Shown here piece after piece: positions 44,683 to 55,411 of a DNA stretch of 64,000 nt. Both the position numbers and the translations under genes were made by a program. The DNA lies in sequence record ON529850.1; one strand, given 5' to 3'. Every line of letters begins with the position of its first letter. The stretch's first letter is position 1. The notes under the pieces are model-generated. The model made no database searches and was not told where the DNA came from. It worked only from the letters and a program-made list of their open reading frames with translations.

Positions 44683-46029
44683 CTAGATGAGGATTTTGAT
44701 GGTTTCGGCCGCGCGGGTGATGCCGGTGTAGAGGTGCTTGTCCGCGTCCTCGCGGAAGCTGCTCGACTCGTCGATCAGGACGATATGGTCCGACTGCGAC
44801 CCCTGATAGTTATGCACCGTCAAGGCGGCGGCGAAGTCCAGCTGGATCAGACGCTGCTTAGCCTTGTAGGCGCTGCGGCTGTCGGTGGTGAAACTGTTCT
44901 TCTTGGTCGTGTAGTGCTCTTCGAACAGGCCCTGGAACACGGCCTTGTCCTGATAGGTGGCGCCGTCTTCATCCGTGAAGGACATCCGACAGGCGGTCTG
45001 TCCGGGACGAAGCGTGACTTCTTCGGTCAGGCACGTCACCAGGGCGCCGTTCACCAGGGCCGGGTGTTCCTTGGAGTTCTTGCGCACAATCAGAGGCTCG
45101 CCGCCGATCGGTCCGACCGGCAGGCCTTCACGCACCATGCGCGTCACCTTCCAGCGCGTCTTGTTGGTGCCGCACAGCACCTGAGGCGCCTCGGCTTCGG
45201 GGTCTCTCAGGCGACCGTGGTAGGAATCGACCACCCAGTCGACGTCATAGTCGGAGCGATACGCCACCTCGGCGCGGAGCACGCCCGCCGGATCGCGGTA
45301 TTCGCCGCGCGGCAGGTCCTTGCCCTGGCGCGCCAGGGTGGCGAGATGAATGATCGGGTTGTCGGCCGCCTGACGATGGATTTCCGTCAGGAAGAAGTCC
45401 GGGTCGCCCGCCGTCAGGCCAGGCTTGTCGCCGACCGGCGGCAGCTGCCCAGGGTCGCCCATGGCGATGACCGGCACGCCGAACGACAACAGGTCTTGCG
45501 CCATCTGCCAGCCGACCATGGACGATTCATCGACCACGATGACTTCAGCCAAGGCGATGGGGCTGTCGACGTTCAGCTGGAAGTTGATCTTGTCTTCGAT
45601 GTAGACGTTCTCAAGGTCCGCTTCCAGGCGCTGGATCGCGCGCATGATTCGCTCCAGGGCCGCCGCGTCGCCGCCCTGTTTGATCAGCTTGTCGCGGTCC
45701 ACCTGGTGGGCGTAGAGCTCGCTTTCCAGCTGCGCGACCGGGGCAGGTTTTGCGCGATAGATGGCCGAGTGGATCGTGGTCGCGATCGAATTCGGATAGT
45801 GCTGCGCCCGCAGCTTGTTGCGCATGATCTTGGCCGCCTTGCCGGTCGGCGCGCAGAAGGCGACCTTGTGGGGATCAAACCCCAGGTCTTCCAGAATGAA
45901 CGGAAGAATGGTCGACTTACCCGTCCCGGCGTAACCGCCGATATAGGTCAATTTCTCAGGGTATGCGCCGCGCAGTCGCGACACCACGGTGCGCACCGCA
46001 TCGCCCTGGTGTTCGGAAAGTGTGGTCAT
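44683..46029 (-). CDS. RecD/Dda-like SF1B DNA helicase
   Basis: GGYAGTGKST, APTGKAA, VDESSM, GDPGQLPPV, EIHRQ, TVHNYQGSQ, YTGITRA. Confidence 0.9.
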   Translation of the reverse strand: MTTLSEHQGDAVRTVVSRLRGAYPEKLTYIGGYAGTGKSTILPFILEDLGFDPHKVAFCAPTGKAAKIMRNKLRAQHYPNSIATTIHSAIYRAKPAPVAQLESELYAHQVDRDKLIKQGGDAAALERIMRAIQRLEADLENVYIEDKINFQLNVDSPIALAEVIVVDESSMVGWQMAQDLLSFGVPVIAMGDPGQLPPVGDKPGLTAGDPDFFLTEIHRQAADNPIIHLATLARQGKDLPRGEYRDPAGVLRAEVAYRSDYDVDWVVDSYHGRLRDPEAEAPQVLCGTNKTRWKVTRMVREGLPVGPIGGEPLIVRKNSKEHPALVNGALVTCLTEEVTLRPGQTACRMSFTDEDGATYQDKAVFQGLFEEHYTTKKNSFTTDSRSAYKAKQRLIQLDFAAALTVHNYQGSQSDHIVLIDESSSFREDADKHLYTGITRAAETIKILI

Positions 46030-46100
46030 ATCCGGGCGTGTTCATCTTAACACCCGACGCCCGTCGATCTTGACGATCGGTTCCGTCAGGATTGGAGTCG

Positions 46101-46135
46101 AAAAGAAAGCCCCGCCGCCGAAGCGGCGGGGCGTT
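46101..46135 (-). terminator. Terminator after the SSB-like gene
   Basis: GCCCCGCCGC-UUCG-GCGGCGGGGC plus U-tract on minus. Confidence 0.88.
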
Positions 46136-46148
46136 CACTCAAGGTCGC

Positions 46149-47003
46149 TTAGAAGCGGCGACCACGAGCCGGCGCAGCGGCGGGAGCCGCAGCCGCCGGG
46201 GCGGGCTTGGGCTCTTCAGCCGGGGCGGCGTTCGCCGCACGGCCGGCGCCGGTCGACAGCGGCGCTTCACGGCGACCGCCACGACGGGCCGGTTCAGCCG
46301 GCACTTCTTCGACGACGGCTTCTTCGATTTCCGGAGCCGGCAGAGCCGCACGCTCTTCGACGGCGCCGCCGCCCATGGCGTCTTCATAGTCGTCCGGAGC
46401 GCCTTCCTGATAGGAGAGGAACTCCTCGCGGGTGATCCAGCCGACGATGCGGAATTCCGGAGCGTGCTTGCGCAGCTTGCGGCCGCCTTCCTTCGGCGTG
46501 AACTCGAAGGTGGTCGAGCCCATCGACACGACCGGGACCATGCCGGGGTTCAGCTTGAACTGACGGCCGAAGTCCTTGATCACCGCTTCGAGCGCGCGGC
46601 TCTTGGACTTGTTGTTCGCCTGGAACAGCAGGGTCAGGGCTTCGCCCTCGATCGTGGTGAACTCGATCGTCTTCTGTTCCGACCAGCCGTCGTCCGGGCC
46701 ATAGGGGCCGTGATCGGGCAGGTGGCCTTCCACCGGCGGCTTGCCTTCGGCGATGCCCAGCATGATCTCTTCCTGGACCTTGCCGCCCTTCCAGCAAATC
46801 CAGCCGCGCTTGAAGCTGTCGAGGTCCATGGCGGCCTGGGTGCCCGCCTCGAACGGCGTGTCGTCGGCGCCGTAGACGTAGGTGCCGTCGTTGCCGCTGA
46901 ATTTCAGGAACAGCTTGTTGCTGCCGCCGCCGCTGTAGCTCTGGGCCTCAGCGGCCAGCGCGGCGTAGTAATCCTCGTGAGAGGTGATGAGAGCATTGCT
47001 CAT
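46149..47003 (-). CDS. Probable single-stranded DNA-binding protein
   Basis: LFLKF...G.Y..G, GWICW, GWSEQ, PEFRIVGW pattern of phage SSB-like proteins; acidic/Ala-rich tail; replication-module context. Confidence 0.6.
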   Translation of the reverse strand: MSNALITSHEDYYAALAAEAQSYSGGGSNKLFLKFSGNDGTYVYGADDTPFEAGTQAAMDLDSFKRGWICWKGGKVQEEIMLGIAEGKPPVEGHLPDHGPYGPDDGWSEQKTIEFTTIEGEALTLLFQANNKSKSRALEAVIKDFGRQFKLNPGMVPVVSMGSTTFEFTPKEGGRKLRKHAPEFRIVGWITREEFLSYQEGAPDDYEDAMGGGAVEERAALPAPEIEEAVVEEVPAEPARRGGRREAPLSTGAGRAANAAPAEEPKPAPAAAAPAAAPARGRRF

Positions 47004-47009
47004 ATGGGG

Positions 47010-47272
47010 TCTGACTCTAACTCTAAACCTAACTACTAGGTCTATTTCTAAGGGGTGCCCGGCCAGTAACCCGGCCGGGCATGCTAAGGCTTCGTCTATG
47101 CCTAACTGCTAGTCGCTGCTTCTTATTACTATCGGCTAACTGACTAAATCTAAACTACTACACTACTCGACACTTTTCAACTAACTTCTACACCTAACCA
47201 GAACTATTATTCTAACTCTAGGTTACTACTCTACTAACCGCTAACCACTAAATACTAACTGACTTCTAGGTT
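47010..47272 (-). repeat. Low-complexity CTA (UAG on transcript) repeat tract with one GC hairpin
   Basis: About 31 CTA triplets counted by hand in about 260 nt, mostly CTAAC/CTAC/CTAAA; hairpin TGCCCGGCC-AGTAACCC-GGCCGGGCA near 47056-47081. Confidence 0.9.
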
Positions 47273-47277
47273 ACGCT

Positions 47278-48372
47278 TTACTCTTCAGGGCCTTTTGGAC
47301 CGTTCTCCCGGAACGTGAGGCGATCGTGACCGTCCGACGTCTTGGTGAATTCCTCCACCGGAAGCCCAGCGACCCGCATAGCTTCGACATCGTAAGTCGT
47401 CCTGCCCTTGATCCAGGAGAGGGACACCTTGGCGAATCCCGGAACCTCCGCTCTTCGCACCCCTGTTTGCCGGAACCATTCCTTCAACCTTTCGGTCGCT
47501 TTCCTGTGTTCCGTCTCCGAGGCCTTGCGAGCGTCGGCGGCCGCACGTTCATCCCGCAGGATGGCCTCGAATTCTTCCATGATCGGCAGCGGCGTATTCT
47601 CGAAGTTGGCGTGACCGCTCGTCGGGGTCGCCGCCGCCGTGGCCTTGGCGCACGCGCTGGTGAAGGGGCAGTAGTCGCAACCACCCTCCACCTTACCTTC
47701 GGGAAAAATGTCGCTGGCGTTCTTTATAGTGTAGACGGATCGCGCTCTTTCCTTCGCGGCGTCGTAGGTCCTCTGATCGAACGGGACCACGAAGATTTCG
47801 ATGTCGTCAAAGAAAGAAGCGTCGATGTAAACGATCACAGCATAGGCGGGCTTATACTGCGTCGTTTCACGCGTAATACCCATCTGGATCATCACTTGCC
47901 CCCGGTGAATGCTTTTCTCTTCGCGGAGATTTACGCGGGGGTCGATGGATTTGATCTCGAAATTGAAGCACCCCGCACCGCCCAGGCTGGGAATGCCGTA
48001 GAGCGCGAGGGCGTCGTCGTCGGCGTCGATCACCAGTCCGTCCGGCGTGGCGGTCAGAGGGGCGTCCGGCGCCTTGAGCGTCTGCTGATTGTCGCCGCCC
48101 CAGATCAGGCGCGTGTCGTAGTAGTAGTTCTCCAGGAACCACTTCACGCCCGGCTCGGCGAAATACTGCTCAATCAGGTCGCCGCGTTGCAGGGCGCCCC
48201 AGCTGTCCTTGTAGTCCGAATTCTTCTCGCCGCCGTTCTTGGCGAACCAGGCCTTACGCAGACAACCGAACGCCTCGGAAGCCCCCATGGTCTTGGAGCG
48301 GTCGTGCGCCCAGACCTTCTGGTGACCCTTGACAAAGGTGTCGTAGGCTTCCTTGAAGTCGATAACGGCCAT
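47278..48372 (-). CDS. PD-(D/E)xK Cas4/RecB-like exonuclease
   Basis: ASEAFGCLRKAWF, TPDG, FEIKS, Q..IQM, CDYCPFTSAC. Confidence 0.82.
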   Translation of the reverse strand: MAVIDFKEAYDTFVKGHQKVWAHDRSKTMGASEAFGCLRKAWFAKNGGEKNSDYKDSWGALQRGDLIEQYFAEPGVKWFLENYYYDTRLIWGGDNQQTLKAPDAPLTATPDGLVIDADDDALALYGIPSLGGAGCFNFEIKSIDPRVNLREEKSIHRGQVMIQMGITRETTQYKPAYAVIVYIDASFFDDIEIFVVPFDQRTYDAAKERARSVYTIKNASDIFPEGKVEGGCDYCPFTSACAKATAAATPTSGHANFENTPLPIMEEFEAILRDERAAADARKASETEHRKATERLKEWFRQTGVRRAEVPGFAKVSLSWIKGRTTYDVEAMRVAGLPVEEFTKTSDGHDRLTFRENGPKGPEE

Positions 48373-48401
48373 AAAATTACGTGACTCAATACCCGTCGCG
48401 A

Positions 48402-48989
48402 TTAAGCCGCGCGGGCAAAATCCTGGAGGTAGTAGAAGAGATCGCGGCAATCCTTGACGTCGCCCACAGCGCGGTGAGCGGCCGTCGGCGCGCGATCCAG
48501 AAGATGCGGGATCGCCAATTCCAGCTTGGGCCAGGCATAGCCCTTCTTGCCGAACTTGGAGGGGAACTTGCAGACCGGAACCGCCGCCAGCATGGTGCAG
48601 AACGGCTTCTTGCCGGCGAACACGTCAATCTTGGGATTGCCCGAGATGAGCCGCGCCGCATTGTTGATCACGTTGACATCGAACTCGATATTGTGCGCCA
48701 CCATCAATTCGGCCGCCATGACCATGTCGCAGAACACGTCCAGCGCGGCGTTCTCGCCGACGCCGATCGCCTGAGACTTCTCCGTCGTGGTGCCGTGCAC
48801 CTTAGCGGAGGCGTCCGGGATCGGCTGATCCCGATACACGATCAAGTCGATGCGCATGACCTCTTCACGCGCCTCCAGGTCTTCCAGGATGGCGGCGATC
48901 TGAACGATGCGCGGTTGATCTTCATGACCGCACGGAAGATTCTTGTCCCACAGGCCGGTGGTCTCGGTGTCGAAGAACAGCCCCAACAT
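48402..48989 (-). CDS. DEDDh 3'-5' exonuclease (DnaQ-like)
   Basis: FFDTETTG, VAHNIEFD, FCTM, AHRAVGDV. Confidence 0.9.
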   Translation of the reverse strand: MLGLFFDTETTGLWDKNLPCGHEDQPRIVQIAAILEDLEAREEVMRIDLIVYRDQPIPDASAKVHGTTTEKSQAIGVGENAALDVFCDMVMAAELMVAHNIEFDVNVINNAARLISGNPKIDVFAGKKPFCTMLAAVPVCKFPSKFGKKGYAWPKLELAIPHLLDRAPTAAHRAVGDVKDCRDLFYYLQDFARAA

Positions 48990-49462
48990 CAGGCGTTGTC
49001 CTCTTCACTGCGCTTGCGGATCATATCGTGCAGGTAGGAGACGCTGGAGGCGATGTCGCTCTGAACCTTCGGGTCAGGCTTGTGCGCGTCTTCAGCCGCC
49101 TTGGCGGCGCCTTGCAGGGCCAGCTGCGCGTAGAGCGCCAGGAACTGGACCGCATCCATCAGACGCTGGGTCTTCAGCGCCGATCGCGCCGTCAGGTAGT
49201 CGAGCATCAGGGCGCGGATGCCCATGAACAGGAACCAATAGACGCCGAAACCGATGACGGCCCAGCGCAGACCTTCAGAGACCGACTTCACCCAACCGAA
49301 CCCGGCCAAAACCAGCCAGGCGGTGAAGATGAGGCCGCCGCCCACCATGATCAGGGAGATCGAGGCGCGGAACTGGTCGCTGATCGAACGAAAAGCCACG
49401 CCGAGGTGCACAGTGGGCTGCGCGTCTTCCGCCGGTTTTTCGGGAGTGGTGGTGTCAGTCAT
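48989..49462 (-). CDS. Membrane protein (two TM helices)
   Basis: Two hydrophobic segments; GAGAG RBS. Confidence 0.6.
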   Translation of the reverse strand: MTDTTTPEKPAEDAQPTVHLGVAFRSISDQFRASISLIMVGGGLIFTAWLVLAGFGWVKSVSEGLRWAVIGFGVYWFLFMGIRALMLDYLTARSALKTQRLMDAVQFLALYAQLALQGAAKAAEDAHKPDPKVQSDIASSVSYLHDMIRKRSEEDNA

Positions 49463-49522
49463 GTCGCTCTCAAAGGGGACGGTAGTTGTTAACCATTTCT
49501 GGCAGTGATTGTCAATATTTCC

Positions 49523-49549
49523 CACACTCGGGTAGTGGCACAGTTTGAA
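49523..49549 (+). repeat. Left TSD plus TIR
   Basis: CACACTCG|GGTAGTGGCACAGTTTGAA. Confidence 0.9.
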
Positions 49550-49807
49550 TTCAGGCCGCCCAGCCGACGCTCGCACCCCTAGCATGCGTCTTGATCAGTC
49601 TTCCTCGTTCGCGGCGATCCCCGCTGCGGTGAAGGAGGTCGGCATGAAAGCGATCAACGAAATCACGTTGCGGCGCGGCCCGCATGAATATCGGATTAGG
49701 CAATCCGAGCGGGTAGCCAACGACCGGTTCGAAGGGCTGATCGATGGTGTGGTCCTGATTGAAGCCGATTCCCCGGCGCGGGCGCTGGGCGCATTGATCG
49801 CCAGCCC

Positions 49808-50395
49808 TCAGCTTTCCCCGTCGGTAGCCTCGGCGGGCGCCGTAGGCGACTGAAGCCCCATGGAATGGGCCACCAACATGTTCGACACCTTCAGGGCCTC
49901 GGCGACATCTCGCATGGCCTTGAGGGAGTCGAGATAGAGGTTGTCGCGATCAATGAAGCCCTGGGAGATGTAGGCGTCCGTCAGGATTTCACTCTCGGAG
50001 GCCTTAAGCCCAACGGCCTTCATCATGCCGTGGATCATCGTCGCCTGCTTGGCGTTCATTCGCTGGTTGTGGTCCGGTCGGCGATCCTCTGAGACCTCTT
50101 GGCGGACCAGTTCCAGATATTCCCGTCGCGCCTGCATTACATCTGCGCAGTCGTTGAACTCGACCTCGATCAAGTTGACCGCCATCAGATAGGTCGGATC
50201 AGAGGGTAGCCGTCGCGTTGTCAGGATCATCCTTAATACCTGGGTCCGCGCATCGGAGCGCCGGCGGCGCCGATCGATCCACAAGGTAACCAGAACGGCC
50301 GACAAGGGACCAGCGAACACGCCGGCCAGCGTTAGGAGTTCGTAGGCCTTAAGGCCGAGGAAGATGGGGTCGGCAGCAGCAGCGGATGCGTTCAT
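49808..50395 (-). CDS. DUF6680-like protein (passenger)
   Basis: N-terminal TM helix; VLRMILTTRR...LMAVNLIEVEF pattern. Confidence 0.6.
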   Translation of the reverse strand: MNASAAAADPIFLGLKAYELLTLAGVFAGPLSAVLVTLWIDRRRRRSDARTQVLRMILTTRRLPSDPTYLMAVNLIEVEFNDCADVMQARREYLELVRQEVSEDRRPDHNQRMNAKQATMIHGMMKAVGLKASESEILTDAYISQGFIDRDNLYLDSLKAMRDVAEALKVSNMLVAHSMGLQSPTAPAEATDGES

Positions 50396-50439
50396 GAATC
50401 GACGATACCCGACTCACTGAGCAATCAACCACGGGAATA

Positions 50440-51669
50440 TCAACGCTTCGGCTTACTGCCACCTCGTCCACGCCCGCTCCCAAGGCAGTAGTAGTCGCCC
50501 AAGCAAATCCGGCACTCCGTCACTTCGTCCGGAACCAGATCGTAGGCGAGGTCGCGGGCCTTCTCGATGGTCTCGCACCTGAACTTCTGCGATCCGCCCT
50601 TCTTGCTCGCGCGGTCGGGCGCGTCTCTGAGGTGCTTGCAGGAAGAAGCGTGAATCTTCGCGTATCGATGCGTAAGGCTGCACATCACTACGAACGGCGC
50701 GTCGTCCGCCGGTGGAGCCGAAGGCGGGCACACGACCTCCTCGGCCTCTTCTTCCCCCAAGGACGCGCCCTTCGTAGCGGCCCTGTAGTCGTCCACGAGA
50801 TCAACGAAGTCGCGCCACGTCCATCCACTGTCATCGATCCCAGACGCCACGGCCGGCGTCGTCTTCAGCGTCATGTGGATGCGGATGAAGTTGTGGTAGA
50901 ACACATACAAAGCGACCGACCGCTTCAAATTCGTCAGCGACTTTGAAAACAGGGTCGTCTTCCTCGCGAGACGTCCCAGGTTCTGCCTGAACTTCTGGAA
51001 GAACGACTCGATGTGGTTCGTCGTGACCAGCGCCATGTCATGGGTGCCGCTCCTCACCTCAGGCGGGGATTTCTCTCGTCGTGCACGCCGCTTTTTCGGC
51101 TGCTGTCCCACCCCGAGGTATTCCTCGATCACTTCCTGCTGCTGATCGTCCTGCTTCTTCACAGTGGCGTAATCGATCTCGCCGCCCCAGGCGCTCTCGA
51201 TGGCGCCGAAGTAGGGGTGGTGAGAGTCCGTCGTCATCTGAAGTCGCCTCGGGCATCGGGCCTTGAGGTCGTTGATGAACGCCTTGGCGTCTTCGTGCCC
51301 TCGGCCACCGACATGCCAAGCCACCACCAGCTTATTGACGGCGTCGATGGCGATCCAAATCCAGAACACGCCCATGCCGGGCGGTGCGCGCATCTTTCTG
51401 GCCCAAAGGGTTCGCCCCCGAATCCCGACGTATGCGTGGAGTTCATCGGCCTCGATAAGGGTCGACGGTAAATCCCGCATCCGGTCGTCGAGGAATTCAA
51501 TGGCGGTGTCGCCGGCATCGGCCAGCAGCTTCTGGATCGTCGTGCGGCTCGGGTGGCCTGATTTTCCGGTATTGCCTTCCTTCGTTCGATGCAGGCCACG
51601 GATCGACATCCGCTCCATCATGTCCTGGAGCAGTGCGACCTGTTTCTCTGGGCTCAATCGGTTGACCAT
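50440..51669 (-). CDS. tnp: IS1-family-like DDE transposase with C-terminal Cys/His extension
   Basis: IEADELHAYV (D), WIWIAID..KLVVAWHVGGR, TTDS (D), NHIES (E), YHNFIRIH.TLKTTPA. Confidence 0.85.
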   Translation of the reverse strand: MVNRLSPEKQVALLQDMMERMSIRGLHRTKEGNTGKSGHPSRTTIQKLLADAGDTAIEFLDDRMRDLPSTLIEADELHAYVGIRGRTLWARKMRAPPGMGVFWIWIAIDAVNKLVVAWHVGGRGHEDAKAFINDLKARCPRRLQMTTDSHHPYFGAIESAWGGEIDYATVKKQDDQQQEVIEEYLGVGQQPKKRRARREKSPPEVRSGTHDMALVTTNHIESFFQKFRQNLGRLARKTTLFSKSLTNLKRSVALYVFYHNFIRIHMTLKTTPAVASGIDDSGWTWRDFVDLVDDYRAATKGASLGEEEAEEVVCPPSAPPADDAPFVVMCSLTHRYAKIHASSCKHLRDAPDRASKKGGSQKFRCETIEKARDLAYDLVPDEVTECRICLGDYYCLGSGRGRGGSKPKR

Positions 51670-52061
51670 CGATCAGCGTATGCGTCGGGATCGAAACAGA
51701 GGTCAACGCCTCTTATTTCCATAATTCTGGAATTCTCGAATTATGTGTTCTCTTGAGCACAGGCGGATAAGCGAGAAGTCAGCGGCAGTTCGGGGCGACA
51801 CTAAGGCTCTGTAACTAATTAGCTAATGCGGCACATTTCAGTAAGTGTGACATGATTTTCAGCAGTGATTGACAACATTTACGTCATTCGTTGCTTGAAA
51901 TCTATTCACTCAGATGGATGGGTGTGGCGGTATGTCGCAGACAATCCTTGTAAAACTCGGTGGGGTGAACTCCAAGCACCTCGGCTAGTTTCCCCAGAAC
52001 CGCCACGGTCGGATTTCCCTCGCCGCGCTCGATCCGCCCCAGATGCCACGCCGGCGCCATC

Positions 52062-52307
52062 GTGGCGGATCAAATCGTCATCCCAGACGGGAGCGTGCGC
52101 GGTTTGGTCGTGGAGGTCCGCTTCGACGGCTACCCGCACCGTTTCCGTCTCGATCTCGCGCCTTCGGGGACCTACGCTCCGACGCCGGTGGACATCCCGG
52201 CCGTGCCCGCTCAGGTCACCCAGAGCATGATGCGCACCGCAGAGACGTGGCATTGGACCGATGGTCCGCCGCCGACCACGTTCCAGGGAATGCCGATCAT
52301 CGATTGA
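52062..52307 (+). CDS. Hypothetical protein (passenger)
   Basis: GTG-start ORF upstream of arsR. Confidence 0.35.
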   Translation: MADQIVIPDGSVRGLVVEVRFDGYPHRFRLDLAPSGTYAPTPVDIPAVPAQVTQSMMRTAETWHWTDGPPPTTFQGMPIID

Positions 52308-52371
52308 AACGGCACAGACGGCCCGTCGCGAGCAGGCTTGCGAACTTCCTTAGTTCCACTATCTTGGAATC

Positions 52372-52707
52372 ATGGAAACCGAATCTGCAATTCTCGCCCT
52401 GGCCGCTCTGGCGCAGCCTACGCGCCTCGAGACTTTCCGCCTGTTGGTTCGTCACGAACCCGAGGGATTGCCTGCCGGCGAGATCGCGGACGGCTTGACG
52501 GTGCCGGCTAACACCATGTCGGCGCACCTGGGCGTTCTGTCCCGCGCTGGCCTGATCAGTTCCGAGCGGCGCAGTCGATCAATCATCTATCGCGCCGACC
52601 TGGACCGCCTTCAAGCGCTGGTTCTGTTCCTGCTCAAGGACTGCTGCCAGGGCCGCGTCGATCTGTGCGAGCCGCTGCTGGCTGAACTCGCGACCTGCCG
52701 CGCCTGA
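52372..52707 (+). CDS. arsR: ArsR-family repressor (C-terminal Cys type)
   Basis: LAALAQPTRL..FRLL, NTMSAHL..L.RAGLI, KDCCQG...LC. Confidence 0.95.
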   Translation: METESAILALAALAQPTRLETFRLLVRHEPEGLPAGEIADGLTVPANTMSAHLGVLSRAGLISSERRSRSIIYRADLDRLQALVLFLLKDCCQGRVDLCEPLLAELATCRA

Positions 52708-52714
52708 GGAAATC

Positions 52715-53137
52715 ATGGACGTCGTCATCTATCACAACCCCGCCTGCGGGACGTCTCGCAACGCCCTGGCCCTAATCCGCCATGTCGGGATCGAGCCGCA
52801 CGTCATCGAATATCTGAAGACGCCGCCGAGCCGCGCGATGATCGTGGGACTGGTCGAGCGCATGGGCGTCCCGCTGCGCAGCCTTCTTCGCGAGAAGGGC
52901 ACGCCTTTCGCTGAACTGGGTCTCGGCGATTCAGCCATGAGCGATGACCAGTTGCTCGACGCCATCGAGGCGTACCCTGTCCTGCTGAACCGTCCCATCG
53001 TCGTGTCCCCGCTGGGCGTGAAGCTGTGTCGGCCGTCCGAAGCGGTTCTCGAAATTCTGCCGCCTGAGGGCCTGAAGCCCTTCACCAAGGAGGACGGCGA
53101 AGTCGTCATCGACGCCGAGGGGCGGAGGGTCCGCTGA
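52715..53137 (+). CDS. arsC: Arsenate reductase (glutaredoxin-dependent)
   Basis: [26 protein letters not shown]. Confidence 0.95.
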   Translation: MDVVIYHNPACGTSRNALALIRHVGIEPHVIEYLKTPPSRAMIVGLVERMGVPLRSLLREKGTPFAELGLGDSAMSDDQLLDAIEAYPVLLNRPIVVSPLGVKLCRPSEAVLEILPPEGLKPFTKEDGEVVIDAEGRRVR

Positions 53138-54222
53138 TGGTCGACGCCGTGATTACTGACCAGCCGAAACGCCGCCTGTCCTTCCTCGACCGCTGGCTAA
53201 CGCTGTGGATTTTCGCCGCCATGGCGCTGGGTGTGCTGTTGGGCACGGTCGTGCCGGGGCTTCCCGCCTGGATCGACAGCCTGTCGGTCGGGACGACCAA
53301 CGTCCCGATCGCCATAGGCCTGATCCTGATGATGTATCCGCCGCTGGCGCGGGTGAAATACGAGGAACTGCCGCGCGTCTTCGCCGACAAGCGCGTGCTG
53401 CTGCTGTCCCTGTTCCAGAACTGGGTGCTGGGGCCGGTGCTGATGTTCGCCCTGGCGGTCATTTTCCTGCGCGACCAGCCAGAATACATGACCGGCGTCA
53501 TCTTGATCGGTCTGGCCCGCTGCATCGCCATGGTGCTGGTCTGGAACCAGTTGGCGCGTGGCGACAACCAGTATGTGGCGGGTCTGGTCGCCTTCAACTC
53601 GATCTTCCAGATCGCCTTCTTCAGCCTCTACGCCTGGCTGTTTCTGACCGTGCTGCCGCCCCTGTTCGGGCTGGAGAGCAGCGTGGTCGAAGTGAGCGTC
53701 TGGACCATCGCCGGCGCCGTCCTGGTCTATCTGGGCCTGCCCTTCCTTGGCGGTTTCCTGACCCGGCGCGCGCTGGTCGCGAGGAAGGGGAGCGACTGGT
53801 ATGAAACGCGCTTCTTGCCGCGCATCGCGCCGATCACCCTGATCGCCCTGCTGTTCACCATCGTCGCCATGTTCAGCCTGAAGGGCGGCGAAGTGGTCGC
53901 CCTTCCGCTGGACGCCCTGCGCATCGCCATCCCGCTGACGATCTACTTCTTTGTCATGTTCGTGGTCAGCTTCCTGATGGGACGCCTGATCGAGGCGGAC
54001 TATCCGCGCACCACGGCCCTGGCCTTCACCGCCGCCTCCAATAATTTCGAACTGGCGATCGCCGTCGCCATCGCGGCTTTCGGACTGGCCTCGCCCGTCG
54101 CTTTCGCGGCGGTCATCGGCCCGTTGGTCGAGGTGCCCGTGCTGATCCTGTTGGTCTCGGTCGCCCTGTGGCTGGGCCGCCGCTACTTCCCCGCGACCGC
54201 CCCGAAGAAGGGCGCCTGCTGA
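53137..54222 (+). CDS. acr3: Acr3 arsenite efflux transporter
   Basis: [48 protein letters not shown]. Confidence 0.95.
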   Translation: MVDAVITDQPKRRLSFLDRWLTLWIFAAMALGVLLGTVVPGLPAWIDSLSVGTTNVPIAIGLILMMYPPLARVKYEELPRVFADKRVLLLSLFQNWVLGPVLMFALAVIFLRDQPEYMTGVILIGLARCIAMVLVWNQLARGDNQYVAGLVAFNSIFQIAFFSLYAWLFLTVLPPLFGLESSVVEVSVWTIAGAVLVYLGLPFLGGFLTRRALVARKGSDWYETRFLPRIAPITLIALLFTIVAMFSLKGGEVVALPLDALRIAIPLTIYFFVMFVVSFLMGRLIEADYPRTTALAFTAASNNFELAIAVAIAAFGLASPVAFAAVIGPLVEVPVLILLVSVALWLGRRYFPATAPKKGAC

Positions 54223-54662
54223 TGGGCTTCAACGTCGTGGAGTTGCCCCAGCCCACCCCCGACCTGATCACCGCGCTGGAGGCCGCCGGCCTGCCGACGG
54301 ATGACCTCCATGAGCCCGGCCGTCGTTTCTTTCGTTTCAAGGACGATGCCGGACTGATCGGCTACGGCGGGCTGGAGCAGATCGGTCCTGATGCCCTGAT
54401 CCGCTCCATGGTCGTCGTCGATGACCGTCGCGGCGCCGGCTTGGGCGCGGCGCTCCTGTCCTGGCTGGAAACTGAGGCGGCCGATCGGAAAGCGTCCGCC
54501 CTCTACCTGCTCACGACCTCTGCCGCCGCCTTCTTCCAGCAGCACGGCTACGCCGCCCTGCCTCGTTCCGCCGCGCCGCCCGCCATCGCCGCTTCCAAGC
54601 AGTTCAGCGCCCTGTGCCCGGCTTCGGCGGCTTTCATGTTCAAGGAGTTGCGCCCCCAATGA
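54222..54662 (+). CDS. arsN2: GNAT N-acetyltransferase ArsN2
   Basis: [35 protein letters not shown]. Confidence 0.85.
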   Translation: MGFNVVELPQPTPDLITALEAAGLPTDDLHEPGRRFFRFKDDAGLIGYGGLEQIGPDALIRSMVVVDDRRGAGLGAALLSWLETEAADRKASALYLLTTSAAAFFQQHGYAALPRSAAPPAIAASKQFSALCPASAAFMFKELRPQ

Positions 54663-55411
54663 CCCGCCTTCGCGTCCTGCCCGATCCCGACCATATGCCC
54701 GCGCTCGACCCGGCCTACCTGTCCAGCCAACCAGCGCTCGGCCTCGGTCCGAACGACCATCCGCCCCGCATCCTGCTGCTCTACGGCTCGCTGCGGGATC
54801 GTTCCTTTTCCCGTCTGTGCGTCGAGGAGGCCGCGCGCCTTCTGCGCTTCATGGGTTGTGAGACCCGCATCTTCGATCCGTCCGATCTGCCTCTGACTGA
54901 TCAGGTCGACTACGACGACCATCCCGCCGTCCACGAACTGCGCGAACACGCCCTGTGGTCCGAGGGCATGGTCTGGAGCAGTCCCGAGCGCCACGGCCAG
55001 ATTTCCGGGATCATGAAACTTCAGATCGATCACCTGCCGCTCAACATGGGCGGCATGCGCCCGACCCAGGGCCGCACCCTGGCCGTCATGCAGGTCTCGG
55101 GCGGCTCGCAAAGCTTCAACGCCGTCAACACCCTGCGCCTGCTCGGCCGCTGGATGCGGATGATCACCATCCCCAACCAGTCCAGCGTGGCCAAGGCCTT
55201 CATGGAGTTCGACGAGAATGGCCGCATGAAGCCGTCCAGCTACTACGACCGCATCGTCGACGTGATGGAGGAACTGGTCCGCTTCACCATCCTGACGCGC
55301 GCCCATGCCGGCCAGTTGGTGGATCGCTATTCGGAACGGAAAGTAGCAGGCGTCCCGATCGATGCGGTCCGCGATCTTTCGGCTATCGCGATTGGGGCGG
55401 CGGCGGCCTAA
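54659..55411 (+). CDS. arsH: NADPH-dependent FMN reductase ArsH
   Basis: [39 protein letters not shown]. Confidence 0.95.
   Translation: MTRLRVLPDPDHMPALDPAYLSSQPALGLGPNDHPPRILLLYGSLRDRSFSRLCVEEAARLLRFMGCETRIFDPSDLPLTDQVDYDDHPAVHELREHALWSEGMVWSSPERHGQISGIMKLQIDHLPLNMGGMRPTQGRTLAVMQVSGGSQSFNAVNTLRLLGRWMRMITIPNQSSVAKAFMEFDENGRMKPSSYYDRIVDVMEELVRFTILTRAHAGQLVDRYSERKVAGVPIDAVRDLSAIAIGAAAA

Noticed and set aside
47004-47277. Hidden coding region under amber (UAG) recoding
   Set aside because: TAA stops are also present in multiple frames, and real genes here end in TAG (e.g. 29031, 44683), so UAG is a stop.
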